A DNA stretch of 64,000 bases from Octopus bimaculoides (lineage: Eukaryota): positions 73,299,545-73,363,544 of the forward strand of contig NC_068987.1 of assembly GCF_001194135.2 (NCBI RefSeq). The letters are read 5' to 3'. Made by a program: the position numbers and the translations under genes. The stretch's first letter is position 1. The number at the start of each line of letters is the position of its first letter. The notes under the pieces are model-generated. The model saw only the letters and a list, made by a program, of their open reading frames with translations. It searched no databases and was not told the DNA's origin. Below, piece after piece: positions 1 to 14,149 of this stretch.

Positions 1-231
1 ATATATATATGTGTGTGTTTTTGTGTGTCTGTGTTTGTCCCCACCAACATCGCTTGACAACCGATGGTGGTGTGTTTACGCCCCCGTAACTTAGCGGTTC
101 AGCAAAAGAGACCCGATAGAATAGGTATTAGGTTTACAAAGAATAAGTCCTGGGGTCGATTTGCTCGACTAAAGGCGGTGCTCCAGCATGGCCGCAGTCA
201 AATGACTGAAACAAATAAAAGAGTAAAGCTA
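1..231 (+). mobile_element. 3' half of abundant SINE family A
   Basis: Tail ...GGCGGTGCTCCAGCATGGCCGCAGTCAAATGACTGAAAC, shared with copies at 6098-6305, 31520-31880, 51659-51938 (+) and 58175-58427 (-). Confidence 0.85.
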
Positions 232-329
232 TATTAGCTTCTTTTATTTTAAAACCTTTTTTAAAGATCCTTTCTTTCAAATAGACATACATCGAAATCG
301 ACGTGAGTGACCATCACACACACGAAGAC

Positions 330-482
330 CAGTAGCGTAGCTAGGAGTGGACAAGGTATGTGTGTGTGGGGGAACTTTTGGGTTTGCTGTATAAGATTAT
401 ATAGAAGGCATGAGTGGGTCGGGGCGTTGGGTAGCAAACTCAAGGGCTGCCTCGGGTGGCACATACTCTAGCTACAACACTG
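330..482. mobile_element. Short MITE, hAT-like termini
   Basis: TIRs CAGTAGCGTAGCTAG / CTAGCTACAACACTG; flanking 8-mers match only 5/8, so the TSD is not proven. Confidence 0.5.
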
Positions 483-1517
483 ATGAAAGCATGGCTGGTT
501 GGTTAAGAAGTTTGCTTTGCAACCACGAAGTGACTCCTTCGGCAAGTGTCTACTTCAGTAATCAAACGTAAAATTGCCCATGCGGGGATTTCATATATGG
601 AAACTGTGCGTAAACCTATAGTTATATGTGTGTGTGTGTGTCTTTGAGTTTGTCTCTCACTGCTTCGCAATTGGTGTTAGTTTGTTTACGTAACCAGCAA
701 AAAAGTGACATTTAAAATTATGACCTGACTTAGAGTCAATTTGATTGAACCGCCCAGGTGGCGTCTCAGCATAGCCGCAGTTTATGCAACCGTGAGGAGA
801 AACTTGAAGGTCCACTCAAAACGAATTTGTAATAAATTTGACTCTACTTTTATTATATTGAGTCTCCACCCACTAAATGTTCTGCTCTTATTATGATTCT
901 TTAAAAATGATCACACACTATTTATAATCTGTATGCATGATTGTGTATCTGTGTGTTTGTGTTTAGGTGGTCTGTATGTTGGAACATTCACTTAGTAAAC
1001 GGGAAGAAAAGACGTACGAAACTTATCGATGAAAGAGGTAATGTGTATAAAAAAAAACAAAAAAAACTTGTTATTCCCATTAACTAATACAGATATTATT
1101 ATTACACGCCTCAATTCAAGAAGCAGCGAGTAATTAATGTTTTCATCGAAGTTTACATTAATAACTACGAACACTGTTTGGGAAATTCTTAGAAGTTGAA
1201 TTTTCTGTAATTTCATTACAGAAAGCGTACTTCAAATTAATGCAGTGCACAGGAACAAATAATTTCGAATACTTAGGTTATTCAAAATTTAAAATGTTTA
1301 CTGCTACAATGAATAGCTACTTGTCTGATGGGTTCAACCATCTCAAAAATTACTTTTGATGACTTAAAAATTCATTGGAAATTTTAGGATTTTACTTTAG
1401 AAAGAAAATTTAAAGAGTAAAATTTGTGAAAACTAAAATGCTTTTTCTCTTCGAGACAAGCACCAAACTGTAGATATTGACTTCTGCTTTGATAAAGGGC
1501 AAACACTATTCCCATTT

Positions 1518-2388
1518 GGCATAACTACAGGGTTTTACCCCCCAGACTTTGGGAGGTCTTATGCCCATTTGGCATAACTACAGGGTTTTACACCCCAAAC
1601 TTTGGGAGGTCATAACTTTCAGAAAAATGAATATTTTTTAATGAAATTTTCTATGCACATAGTATTTACTATGTTGAATCCGAATATACNNNNNNNNNNN
1701 NNNNNNNNNNNNNNNNNNNNNNNNNNNNNNNNNNNNNNNNNNNNNNNNNNNNNNNNNNNNNNNNNNNNNNNNNNNNNNNNNNNNNNNNNNNNNNNNNNNN
1801 NNNNNNNNNNNNNNNNNNNNNNNNNNNNNNNNNNNNNNNNNNNNNNNNNNNNNNNNNNNNNNNNNNNNNNNNNNNNNNNNNNNNNNNNNNNNNNNNNNNN
1901 NNNNNNNNNNNNNNNNNNNNNNNNNNNNNNNNNNNNNNNNNNNNNNNNNNNNNNNNNNNNNNNNNNNNNNNNNNNNNNNNNNNNNNNNNNNNNNNNNNNN
2001 NNNNNNNNNNNNNNNNNNNNNNNNNNNNNNNNNNNNNNNNNNNNNNNNNNNNNNNNNNNNNNNNNNNNNNNNNNNNNNNNNNNNNNNNNNNNNNNNNNNN
2101 NNNNNNNNNNNNCTACATGCTCGAAATGTACATACATCAAGGTATATTTGTAGAAAATTTCACGAAAAAATATTAATTTTCCTGAAAGTTAAGAAGAATT
2201 TAAGTGGACTCTTGGAATTTCCGAAAATTGTCCCCCACCCCCATTCCAAAACACTTTCACCGGAAATTTGTATATTCGGATTCTACATAGTAAATACTAT
2301 ATGCATAGAAAATTTCATTAAAAAATATTCATTTTTCTGAAAGTTATGACCTCCCAAAGTCTGGGGTGTAAAACCCTGTAGTTATGCC
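1518..2388. mobile_element. Non-autonomous DNA transposon with long TIRs (Merlin-like termini)
   Basis: ~120-bp TIRs starting GGCATAACTACAGGG (1571 onward vs 2270-2388); 8-bp direct repeat TCCCATTT at 1510-1517 and 2389-2396; centre is an N gap. Confidence 0.75.
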
Positions 2389-2694
2389 TCCCATTTCGCA
2401 TAAAATCAAATAATTATTCCAGTAAATCACCACTGCAAGTAGTTATCTATCAGCAGAAAAGTAAAATAAAAAAATCTACATCGATAAGACTTGAACCCAA
2501 AATCTTGCAGTTCTCCGTTCTCGATCTTGCAGCTGAGCTAACATCTAATATTAATAACGGAGATTCTTCTCATTAATTGTTAGAATTGTATTTAAAATTA
2601 TGAAATAGCCAGAATGCGCCTTCATATTTAAATATAGTCACTGGATTAACGCAATCTTTGCTTTGAATGCAAAATAAATATTTTTTGAGTGTTT

Positions 2695-2783
2695 GTTATG
2701 TGACCCGGTCAGGTGAGACCGAGCCCGGACCGGATATAGAGTTGCTATTTTCCTAAGCGACCTGTCAGCTACAAGATGGCGGC
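2695..2783 (+). promoter_or_regulatory. COPS3 proximal promoter/5'UTR with YY1-type motif overlapping the start codon
   Basis: Locally GC/CpG-rich patch in AT-rich surroundings; CAAGATGGCGGC at 2772-2783 matches the YY1 consensus. Confidence 0.55.
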
Positions 2784-2830
2784 ATCGTTGGAGCAGTATG
2801 TGACGACCGTAACTCATCTATCAGAGCAAG
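2776..2830 (+). CDS. COPS3: COP9 signalosome subunit 3, exon 1
   Basis: ATG at 2776, MAASLEQYVTTVTHLSEQ(G), similar to vertebrate MASALEQFVNSVRQLSAQG; donor GTGAGA at 2831; 55 nt. Confidence 0.95.
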
Positions 2831-4718
2831 GTGAGAATTTCAACGTCGTTGTCTTTTCTTTTATTTACAAACTAAAGAGACATCAGTTTCATTCGAACAA
2901 ATCCCCATGACTGTCATTTTCTATATAAATGCGATTTATAAACCAGCTGAGCGACGAAAGCCTCAATTTCACTCACTTCACTGTGCTTTATTATATACAA
3001 AACGATGTGGATTTTTTTTTTTTGTATTACCAGCTTCACGGAATAGACGAGAAAGACAAAGGGTTAGGTAGGAAGACACCGGGAGATCTAAATGTAGATA
3101 AATAAATAGATAGATAAGACTATAGATAAATAGATACAAGATATATGCTTTAGATTTATGCATATGGACACACAACATGAAATAAATACGATATAAGGGT
3201 TGATAGGTAATATATTGAGTCATACAAATAAATATACAACAACAATAACGATGATGATAATGATAATTATATAAATATAATATGCAGATGAATTGATAAA
3301 TACTGAAGGAGCAGACAAGCTAAATTGATAAATCTATTGACGCTCTCTCTCTCTCTCTCACACACCCGTAATAAGTTATGGGAAAATCAAACTGAGATAG
3401 ATAAATAAATATCGTAAAAATAGAAATATATATATATATAATAAAAATAAGCCTGCATGTATACCTTTGTTAGTCTGGCTACTGACCATCTACTGTCCCT
3501 ATTGGAATTTTTTCTGCTTTAATTAGGCTTACTAACGCCTATATTGTCGAATGCCCCGGAGTAGTTTCAATTTGCGATCGAGTTCCACTTGAATCCAAGC
3601 GAAAGGCACGTAGATTACAAACTCCTCTCTTATTCTCTCTCCACCAAAATTCTGACATTTGTGTCTCTCTAACCCTTCTCTTTGCCAACCGATTTAGTTA
3701 CACCTTCTCCTGTTTCTAAGTTCTGATGTCGTTTTATAACTGCAGTATTTTTCGTCCTTTTGATATTTTCTCATCCTTTCTTTTTAATTCCCACTTTGCA
3801 TCTTCCACCTATGTCTCTTATTTGTTTTCATTGAGTCACTGCTTAAGCTTTTCTCCTCGATTTCGATTCTTTATTGTTCAAAATTAAAATTTACTTTGTC
3901 GAATTACTCATAACTTTTATATCATATAATGTAATATGATTTTATATATATATATATATATAGTGTGTGTGTGTGTGTGTAAATTATTCCTGTTATTATT
4001 AGGGAGGGGTGGGTGCTAACTTAAAATGACTCTGGTATATGATTTGCTGCTACTTATTGTGTTGATATCCCCGAAGGACATCGCCGAAATCTGAACTCAA
4101 TATAACGATGACCTGCAAGTCTGGTGCTCTACCGTTTTTCTCTCTTCACCACTCAAATCATGTACATTTGTATTATATTTCTTACTGGTTTCGGTCTTTG
4201 AATTGCAACCGTTCTGGGAGGACACTGCTTTCATGAATTTTACTCGTGTTTATCGATCCTAGTTATTTTGTGTTGTACACATCCCATTGAAATCTTTTTG
4301 TCGAATGACTAAGTCCACCTTGGCATAAAGGGATGTAATTCGAATATCACATCTTTTTTGTTTGACTCGCCGGTTTATTAAAGCAATTCCTCTTATACAC
4401 ATGCACATGATGAGCTTCCGCACAGTTTCCATCCACCAGATTTCACTTGGAAGGAAAAAAACTGGAACGATGTAGAGAAAGGTATCACTTTATTCATGTT
4501 GGAGATGATCTCCCAAGTGCCGGTGGCGCAATAAATTGCACATATGCCATTGCCCTTCTTGAGAAAGCAGTTAGTATTGTGGAATAGTGTCCAGCTATAA
4601 AAAAACTCTCAAAAAAGGTTGTATGTGAACCGTGCAAGCAGTAATACATACAAGCCCCAAATGGGGGACGAGAACCATCGATCAGTTGGAAGAGTATTTT
4701 TTAGTCTTGTAAGCCTTT

Positions 4719-6305
4719 TGGCTGTGTGGTAAGTAACTTGCTTACCAACCACATGGTTCCAGGTTCAGTCCCACTGCGTGGCACCTTGGGCAAGTGTCTC
4801 CTACTATAGCCTCGGGCCGACCAAAGCCTTGTGAGTGGATTTGGTAGACAGAAACTGAAAGAAGCCCGTCGTATATATGTATATGTATATATATATATAT
4901 AGAAAAGGAGTAGGTAGTAACTCTATAAGATGTACCCGGTGCAAGCTATGGACACATAAGAGGTGCAGCAATATCAAAGGCAGATTAACTACGAAGTTAG
5001 TTTTTGTATGTGGCAGATGTTCAGGTGCAATAAACACTGTAAACAAACAGGAAACAACTTCTATCTCATTCCAGGGAGAAAACCTANNNNNNNNNNNNNN
5101 NNNNNNNNNNNNNNNNNNNNNNNNNNNNNNNNNNNNNNNNNNNNNNNNNNNNNNNNNNNNNNNNNNNNNNNNNNNNNNNNNNNNNNNNNNNNNNNNNNNN
5201 NNNNNNNNNNNNNNNNNNNNNNNNNNNNNNNNNNNNNNNNNNNNNNNNNNNNNNNNNNNNNNNNNNNNNNNNNNNNNNNNNNNNNNNNNNNNNNNNNNNN
5301 NNNNNNNNNNNNNNNNNNNNNNNNNNNNNNNNNNNNNNNNNNNNNNNNNNNNNNNNNNNNNNNNNNNNNNNNNNNNNNNNNNNNNNNNNNNNNNNNNNNN
5401 NNNNNNNNNNNNNNNNNNNNNNNNNNNNNNNNNNNNNNNNNNNNNNNNNNNNNNNNNNNNNNNNNNNNNNNNNNNNNNNNNNNNNNNNNNNNNNNNNNNN
5501 NNNNNNNNNNNNNNNNNNNNNNNNNNNNNNNNNNNNNNNNNNNNNNNNNNNNNNNNNNNNNNNNNNNNNNNNNNNNNNNNNNNNNNNNNNNNNNNNNNNN
5601 NNNNNNNNNNNNNNNNNNNNNNNNNNNNNNNNNNNNNNNNNNNNNNNNNNNNNNNNNNNNNNNNNNNNNNNNNNNNNNNNNNNNNNNNNNNNNNNNNNNN
5701 NNNNNNNNNNNNNNNNNNNNNNNNNNNNNNNNNNNNNNNNNNNNNNNNNNNNNNNNNNNNNNNNNNNNNNNNNNNNNNNNNNNNNNNNNNNNNNNNNNNN
5801 NNNNNNNNNNNNNNNNNNNNNNNNNNNNNNNNNNNNNNNNNNNNNNNNNNNNNNNNNNNNNNNNNNNNNNNCGGGTGGCACATAAAAGACACCATTTCGA
5901 GCGTGGCCGTTTTCGTGCTGGTGACACGTAAAAGCACTCACTGCACTCTCTGAGTGGTTGGCGTTAGGAAGGGCATCCAGCTGTAGAAACTCTGCCAAAT
6001 TAGATTGGAGCCTGGTGTTGCTATCCGGTTTCACCAGTCCTCAGTCAAATCGTCCAACCCATGCTAGCATGGAAAGCGGACGTTAAACGATGATGATATG
6101 TGTTTGTGTGTCTGTGTTTGGCCCCCAACATCACTTGACAACTGATGCTGGTGTGTTTACGTACCCGTGACTTAGTGGTTTAGTAAAAAGGACCGATGGA
6201 ATAAGTACTAGGCGTGCAAAGAATAAGTCCTGGGGTCGATTTGCTCGACTAAAGGCGGTGCTCCAGCATGGCCGCAGTCAAATGACTGAAACAAGTAAAA
6301 GAGTA
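4719..6305 (+). mobile_element. SINE family A split by a 5'-truncated RTE LINE (4906-6097)
   Basis: tRNA-like head TGGCTGTGTGG...GGTTCAGTCCC, then (TA)n, then RTE ORF2 piece RKGVGSNSIRCTRCKLWTHKRCS, gap, RTE tail ending (GAT)n; the SINE 3' half resumes at 6098. Confidence 0.8.
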
Positions 6306-6624
6306 AGTGTCTATTGCACAATAAAGTGTTCCCAGTCCACACTTTTAGGTGGTTCATGCAAAGAAAGACCTCCATTTCTAAAACTATGCTTAAAAACCGG
6401 ACATACAATAGAAATGCCACATTTTCTTTGTTGCTGTATGTGTGCCAAGTGTTGAAGAAGTGAAATGAGTGGAGAGATGCTGTGACTTGTGTGAGTGATG
6501 TTGTCATGGGAAAATGGACTTGAAAATTATGATCAATGCATTGGTTAATAGACTAAGGTACAATGCCATGGAATTGAACTTGAAGCTATACAAGTGCAAA
6601 GCAAATGTCTTTACTACACTAGCC

Positions 6625-7272
6625 CATAAGCATTTAAACTGGCCATACCCGCCAAAATATTCTTTTCTACTCTAATTTTGGCCCGAAATTTTTTAGAAGG
6701 GGGCCGGTCGATTAGATTGACCACAGTATGCAACTGGCACTTAATTTATCGACCCTGAAAGGCAAAGTCGACCTCGGTGGAATTTGAACTCAGAACGTAA
6801 AGACAGATGAAATACCGCTAAGCATTTCACCCGGTGTGCTAACATTTCTGCCAGCTCACCATCTTATGTCCAGCCAAAATATACTACCATTTTATGTTTA
6901 AACTGACCAGATTCAACCTCACACACCTACCTTGCAATCTCATTCCAAAAGGCTCCATCTGTTTTGATATGGTTTCAACAGCTGGATGCCCTTCCTAATG
7001 CCAATCACTTTACAGATTGTACTGGGTGCTTTTACACAGCACCAGTATGAATGCTTTTTACATGGCACCAGTACTTACAAGCCTGCAAATTAGGAATGCT
7101 CAGCTGGAGAGGGTTGCAAAAGCAACCATGTTTTTCCTTAGCTTGGTGTGTCTTTTCAAGCATAGCACTTCATTGAAATCTCAAAGCTACAAAATAATGT
7201 ATGATCAATTCAAAACATAATGGATAAATAAGCATTACGTTTGATAGAATGATCTGAATGCTAAAGGGTTAA
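6625..7272 (-). mobile_element. piggyBac-type MITE interrupted by a tRNA-SINE (about 6660-6860) and an RTE tail (about 6950-7090)
   Basis: Ends in GCTAAAGGG-TTAA like intact copies at 20300 and 43382; the internal SINE matches 48240-48470 in reverse. Confidence 0.6.
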
Positions 7273-8631
7273 TCTCAGGTAAACCTTAACCAAGCAGACT
7301 TGAGATTAAAGATATTCTGTCACATTCCATCCTTTATTCAATGTTTCTATTACTACATTATTTTGTGTGTTCTTCAAGAGATTTGGTTACTATTTCATTG
7401 TGTAGTTGGTCTGTAGAGGTTGTTTGTGTGCTGCCTCTGATAATATGAAACATGCTGATTTGTGTTCTTAATAGTTTGTCATGAACTATGGGAAAGTTGG
7501 GAACCTAACTAGGACAGGTATGGGTTATGGCAGAACTGGCATAATTTACACTAGATATCTATTGGGTTGTAGTTTGTTGTAGTGGTTGTGCTATTGCAGA
7601 CTCATTCATTTAGTTTATGATGAGGATGATAGTTAAATACTGAAGTTTGAATTTAAGGTTCTTTAAACAACCTTAATGTTGAAGTAAAATAATAATAATA
7701 AGGAAGAAAGAAAAAGCCATAGCTTGATAGAACATTAGTTTTGGTACTGCTTTTAGTTTGCAAAGCAATAGTAATAGTATTGGTGGAAATGACTATTATG
7801 TGAAAGCTTACTTTTTTAAAATTCAAATTACGACAAACGTAAACAAACAAACGAAGTTTGCTTTTAGAAGCGTTGAGATGTCTTAGAAAGTTAAAGAGGT
7901 GATTTTTAAATTCTCAATCGCAGGATAATGCTAATAATATAGCCTGAACAGGATAAACTACCCCTAGGTGGTTTACTTTTTTTGATTCCCTTATTTGTTG
8001 AGAAGTCAGGAAGGTGACAGAAAGATGCATTGCTGTATTAACTGAGACTTGAGATGCATGGCATGCAGTTTCTGTTTATATTAATATGCGGTGTCATGGC
8101 AACTATATTTTTGGCGTAACATTAACAAGAAAAGTTTGGAAAAGAAACAAGAACTGTTGTCTGCCATTTGTTAACCTCAAAAAGTGCTTGATGTGGTTTC
8201 ATGTTTTGAAGCCTGGCGAGCAGTGTGAAAGCTTGGTGTAAATGAAAGGTTTGTAACAGATGCCTTCCTCTCTACTGCAGCCTCACTCAGTTGAAGGGGA
8301 CCTTTGTCATGCAAGCTGCATGGTGACCTCAAAAGTACTGGTTATCATGTAAAAGCACCCAGAATATGCTGTAAAGTGGTTGGTATTAGGAAGGGCATTT
8401 AGCCATAGAAACCATGCTAAGCAAACTTTTGAGTACAATGCAGTCTTCAGACCTTGAGGATTCTGTCAAACCATCCAAATGATTCCAGCATAGAACATGG
8501 ATGTTAAATGATGATGAGTGGAGGCTACTTAATATGATCACCTCGGGATGAAGCCTTTTAGAAACTAACTGTTTGAAAACATTTTCCATGGTTACAATAA
8601 GTGGTTCCCACTGTATGTGTGTATACATGTC

Positions 8632-8722
<91 letters not shown>

Positions 8723-10719
8723 GTGCATGTGAGGTTCCACTGTGTTTCTGCCTACTAAATTTCGCTTGCAAAGTATTCAACTGGAGGCTATAGTACTTAA
8801 GGTACCATGCATGTGATTAAACCCAGAGCCACATGTTTGAGAAGCCCCTTCTTAACCATACAGCTGTGCATACACCCCATGATCACTTATTGTTATTTTA
8901 ATTTATTCGTGCCAGCGACTATTAGTTGGGTCTGCAACTCATGTCTCCATCAATCAAATATATATTTTAGTTTGAATTATTTGTTTTACTTTTTGCTGAT
9001 GCACAATATCACTTGTTTTCTTGGATTCTACTGTTTTTTCTTGGATTCTACTGTTTTTTGTTTTGGACTTTTGAACTTCAGCAACATTTTAACTTACCTC
9101 ATTATATTTTACCTGAACTTCACTACACCATCAATTCAGAAAATTTTTTTCACTTAGCATATACTGTCTAGCAACTTGTGGCTAGCATGTGTTGTCCATC
9201 CACTTATTGTGATTTTCTGATGTAGTCCCCTTCCTTACAAACATCAGGCAAAACTTTTGACATTCAGCCCCTTTACATAAAAGGGCTCATTTTACCAAAT
9301 AAAATTTCTCATACATTACTTGATGTCTCTTTAAATTTTCTACATTCATTATGCCTGTGTTTCACAGTCATAGATTACATTTTTAACATGTTACACATTG
9401 AGTACAGAGAAAAATTATTTGTAGAAATTACCTAACACATACAGCAATATGAATTGATTAATTTTAAATAACAGTATATTTTTGTGATTGAATTAATTGC
9501 TAAGATTTTTCACTTTAAAGCCATATTAGACATTACAAAAACCCAATCTTCTTGAGACAGGCCAATTGACTGGGTCTAAACCATGTAGCTACCATGTGAC
9601 CAGGTTACCAACTTCACTACAAAGTATCTGCCTGTCTCCCTATCTTTAATCCAATATTCTATGCACTATTATATATAGCTTTATCTATATATTCCTGAAA
9701 AAATAAACTCTATAAATTCTTCCCAGATCTTACTGAATTCCAGGTGAAGCTCATTGGAGTAAAACAGAGTTTTGTATTCTTTCAGAATGTGAAAACTTGC
9801 AAGTAAGAGGTGTTAGTGGTCCAAACCAGGCAGCATCTAATCTAGTGATTTGATATGAATTGGGACCATGTGCTGGGAATAAACTTGTTAGCTAGGGTTA
9901 TAAAGATAGGAAACCACAGATCTAGTAAAACTTTCATATGTGGAATGAAAAATTGTTAAGACTCAGAGATTGTCTAAAGTGAAACTGAATATCAAAGACC
10001 TTTTGATGATGGAAATATACTGGTGTGATGCAATGAAAATGATTGCTGAGTCCCTACGTTACATAAAATATGACCATCATTTATATCACATGATATAAAA
10101 ACACATTCTCTCTCTCTCTCAGCAACATCAAACTTTACCCTTTGTGGCCATATTTTTGTTGAAATATACTGTCTTTGTTTCAATTAATTTTGAAAATAAT
10201 GAAAAATCTCATAAAATAACTTAGTTGTTAATTAAACTGGCATTTGGCACATAAATTAACATCAAATTTCTATGTAAGGTTTTAGTTTAGAACACTTTAA
10301 AACAGAAAGTTTGTATCACAGAACCAGAGGTGGTCTTTGGATTGATATCAAAAGGGTTAATGACATGATGTACAGCTATTTCCTTGGCATTGATATTTTG
10401 TAAGCATATTTATTTTAAGTCAGCATTGTTAAAAATATAACTAAATATAGGTACAGACATATGACTTAGAAGTTTGCTTCTTTGTAACCACATGGTTTTG
10501 AGTTCAATTTTAACTACATGACACCTTAGGCAAGTGTCTTCTACTATAACTCTGGGCTGACCAAAGCCTTGTGAGTGGATTTAGTAGACGGAAACTGAAA
10601 GAAGCCACATCTATTGCATACAAAGTCTTCTGTCAGCTTGTTTCATATCCTACAGCAGCCCCTGTGTGCTATAATTGATGTTTAGTACACATTATAAAGT
10701 TCCTATCCTTTTTCTGTAT

Positions 10720-12720
10720 GTTAACTATAGCCTCTCACTTTAGTGACAGATGCTCTGTAAAAAGCTTACACAACTCTCACAAACCATTCATACACACTCA
10801 GTTTTTATTGATGAACACCATGCTACAGAGTGTGAAACTCTGTCAAAGGTCTTTTCCAGGCCAACAATTGTAAGCTGTAATGGTTTGCTTTTTTGGTTAA
10901 GAAGTTCTATTGTAGCTGTCTCACCAAAAGAAGAGTATATGAGTGGTAACCACTCCTGGCAAAAACTGCATTTTATCTTAGTTCTCTCTCTCACTTGCTG
11001 CTCAATAACTGTTACTTGCTTCACTTAGTCCTGAAATACAATCCCTTTGTAGATGATCTTTTTTAAATTATCTCCTTTGCCTTTGTAGCTGTTGATGATG
11101 TTACTCTGTCAGTCATTGGTGTTGACACCTTCCTGAGCTATTTGATTAACTGTGCACGTGATTAGTGTGTATCCTTCTTTACCAGATATACTTTTCATCT
11201 CAATAACTGTTTCTGATGGTTCTGCTGCTCTCCTTGCCTTCATATCCTCAATGGCCCTTTTGACTATATAGCAGTCAATACTGATAGTTTCTCTCTCTAT
11301 TGGCTCTCTCTAGCATACATTCTCCTCATACAGCAACTATTCATAGCAGCATTCCCATGCCTTTTCTTATGCACTTTCCTCCATTGTCCTGACTCACTCT
11401 GACACCCTGTCTCACAGTTTGGAACATCTTGGGACTGTTCCTTATGGCACACAATATTGACAAATGACAAATCTTTTACTTTCATCTTATTCCCTTATAA
11501 CTGGCATCTAACTTCTTTTCTAGCTACCTGAAATTGTTCTTTGCTCCTCTCTTCCTTTCATCCTTTTCCTAGCCTGTCTTTTAGCATTTACAGCTCTGTC
11601 TACTGTGTTATCCCACCACCATGTCACCTTCTGTTTGTGTAGAACCTTGCATCATCCATAGATCCTATCTTACAGCTTGTAGCAGCTTACCTTGCAGAAA
11701 CTCCCAATCGTCTTCTATTATACTTCTCTCCTTGTCCAGTAGTGAGGCCCTGGTTTAGAAGTTCCAGGGTTTTGAGGAGTATGGTATCACCTTCTTAACC
11801 ACTATTGTTTCCAGGTCTACTCTGACCCAGAGTGGTAGCATCTGTCATGGTCCCAGCTATTGGTTAAATAGCTTGTAATCACCAGAGCCAGGTCATGTTA
11901 AAATCATGAGGTGCAGTATGGTAGATGCAAACTATTTAAGCAAATGAATTTTACTGAATCAATGGCAAATTTCATTAGATGCTGTGCCTATAAACAGACA
12001 AAAACACTGTCACAGACTTGGATCAATTCAGTCAGTTAGTGAACTACTGCTATCATCTGCAGTCATAGCATATGCAGCTGAGATATTTCAGTCAGTGAAA
12101 GACCAGTGTGACTAAAACCAAAGTCAGACATTCGTGCTGCATCACTTGGCCAGGAGTTGCAATGGTCCAGGCAAGCTGCCAGATCTGATGATTATGATGA
12201 TAGCGATGACTTCTTCTTTTCATCCTAGGCTTCGCCTTGTACATCTTGGAAGCAATATATAGAGGAAAGATCTTTTAGATTCTGTACCTTCCTTATCCAA
12301 TTTGTCTTCTATTTCTCTTATTCCATCTAATGCTTCTTTCTGCAGCCATTAATCATTAGTCTATGGTGGATAGTATATTCACAACCAGTTGTTTATGCCA
12401 TTCCATAGTGAGAATCAAGCCAGTCTGACTTGTGGGTTCATTTGTGTGGTAGGTGACCTGGTAGTTAGTTATTTGCAACACCATCTTCAGGAAACCAGCT
12501 AAGTTATTACAATATAAAATTTGAAGAGGCCTGACTCCTTTTTATTCCTTGTATTATAGCCATAGCTGACATCTACATTGGAGTAGCCATCCTGTTGTTG
12601 TCCAACATATGTAATAAAGGTACCAGCTATGATAATGAAGTTACTCTCATCTGTTACCAAGGTAGTCAGTGAAAGGACTTCACAGAAACAATCCTTTTGT
12701 TCATCTGACACTTATGATTA
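10720..12720 (-). mobile_element. Degraded RTE-clade LINE (endonuclease and RT relics)
   Basis: - strand peptides FIIIAGTFITYVGQQQDGYS...GYNTRNKKESG (APE-like GDFNGHVG region) and LTIVGLEKTFDRVSH (FVDLEKAFDRV motif), with stops. Confidence 0.6.
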
Positions 12721-14149
12721 TGACAGAGATCACTTTTGGTCTTATGTTGCCATGACTAGTCTAAGCTTAATTATTCTGCCATTCTAACTACCTCAATTAC
12801 TCTAGCCATTTCTCTGCTGACAATATACCTACTCTAGCCACTCTAACATAGTCGTAGAATTTGTAATATTGGCCAAGTGTCTCCTACTATAGTTACAGAC
12901 CAACTAATTCTTAAAGAAGCCTACCACAGAAAATGTGTTTCACCAAATTCTATCTGACTCTTGTAAACATAAAAAAGCGGATGTTGAAACTATGATGATG
13001 TTCCTTGCTTGTGAAGAGCCTGGCCGAGACACATCTCCATCTCACTTTTTAAGCACAGGACACTTCAACATACCTCTGCTTTAGCATCTCTCTAACTTCT
13101 CCAAACCTAGTTTTTAACCATGCTAATGTGAATGGCAGCAGCTGTAAAGTTTCCACCATCGGAGTTTTCAGTGGTGGGCAAGTGTGATAGTGGGTGAGCT
13201 GCTTGATGTATGTGTGTGTACCTGATGGTAGAGACTTGTTGACCCAAGTCATTATAGTTGAGGGGGTACTCACACCTAACTGCCCCTCTACTGTGCATGT
13301 CACTGGTCCCACTGATACAGTTGATATATTTCCTTGAATTTTGTGAAAGTTAAATATTTCTGGCATATTATTTATCTTTGGGTGCTTTTCCTGTGTTGCC
13401 AACTACTTTATAACACGGACTGGCACATTTTATCATGTCACTGGCACTGGAGAGGTCTCTCAGATGATACTGTCCTCTTGACACAATCAGTCTTACAGTT
13501 ATTACTCTCCTTAGTGGGTTGCCTTCACTACAATAGGTTGAACTCACATCTTCTCTATGTGATTAGAGCAGAACCTTTTTTTTTGTATATTCTTGGGTTG
13601 TTTGAAATGCTTGTTTCCTAGACATGCCACTACAACTCAAAAGCCTTGTCTCCCTATGATGTAGGGAAAGGATTTAGTTACCAAGGGTGCTCACATTGGT
13701 AATCTAATGCTCTTATGGATAAAGGTTGTCTCTGTGATGTAAGGTGGAGTTGGGTTGTCAAGAGAATTTGTGATAGTAGTCTAAGGCATAGAAGTTCTCC
13801 ATTATTTATCTAAAGGGAAGGAGGAGCTAAGAGATGTAATGTGTAGTAGCTGGGAATGAGGTTACCTCCATAAGGCTACACAGCTAGGACTGTTTAACTG
13901 CCAAGGGAATATATTGTGATAGTTAAAAGGTGGCTGGGTCTACTAGCCAGCTTGGTGGATTAGTTTTATCAATATTCTGCATAAATAATAATTGTAACAA
14001 CAAATATGAAAATGTTTGTCTTCTTGTTAGTTTTGAAATACTGCAAACTTTCTTAAATTGCACATGTATATAATATATAACATGCATATAAATGTGTATT
14101 GTTCTTATAAATGCCTCAACTTGCATACACGTATATTTTCCTTTTTTAG

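Noticed and set aside
195-225. Hammerhead-like GAAAC-AA-GUA after a CAGTC/GACTG hairpin in the SINE A tail
   Set aside because: No CUGANGA core and no stem I.
9021-9060. 20-bp perfect tandem duplication
   Set aside because: An ordinary slippage duplication with no further structure.
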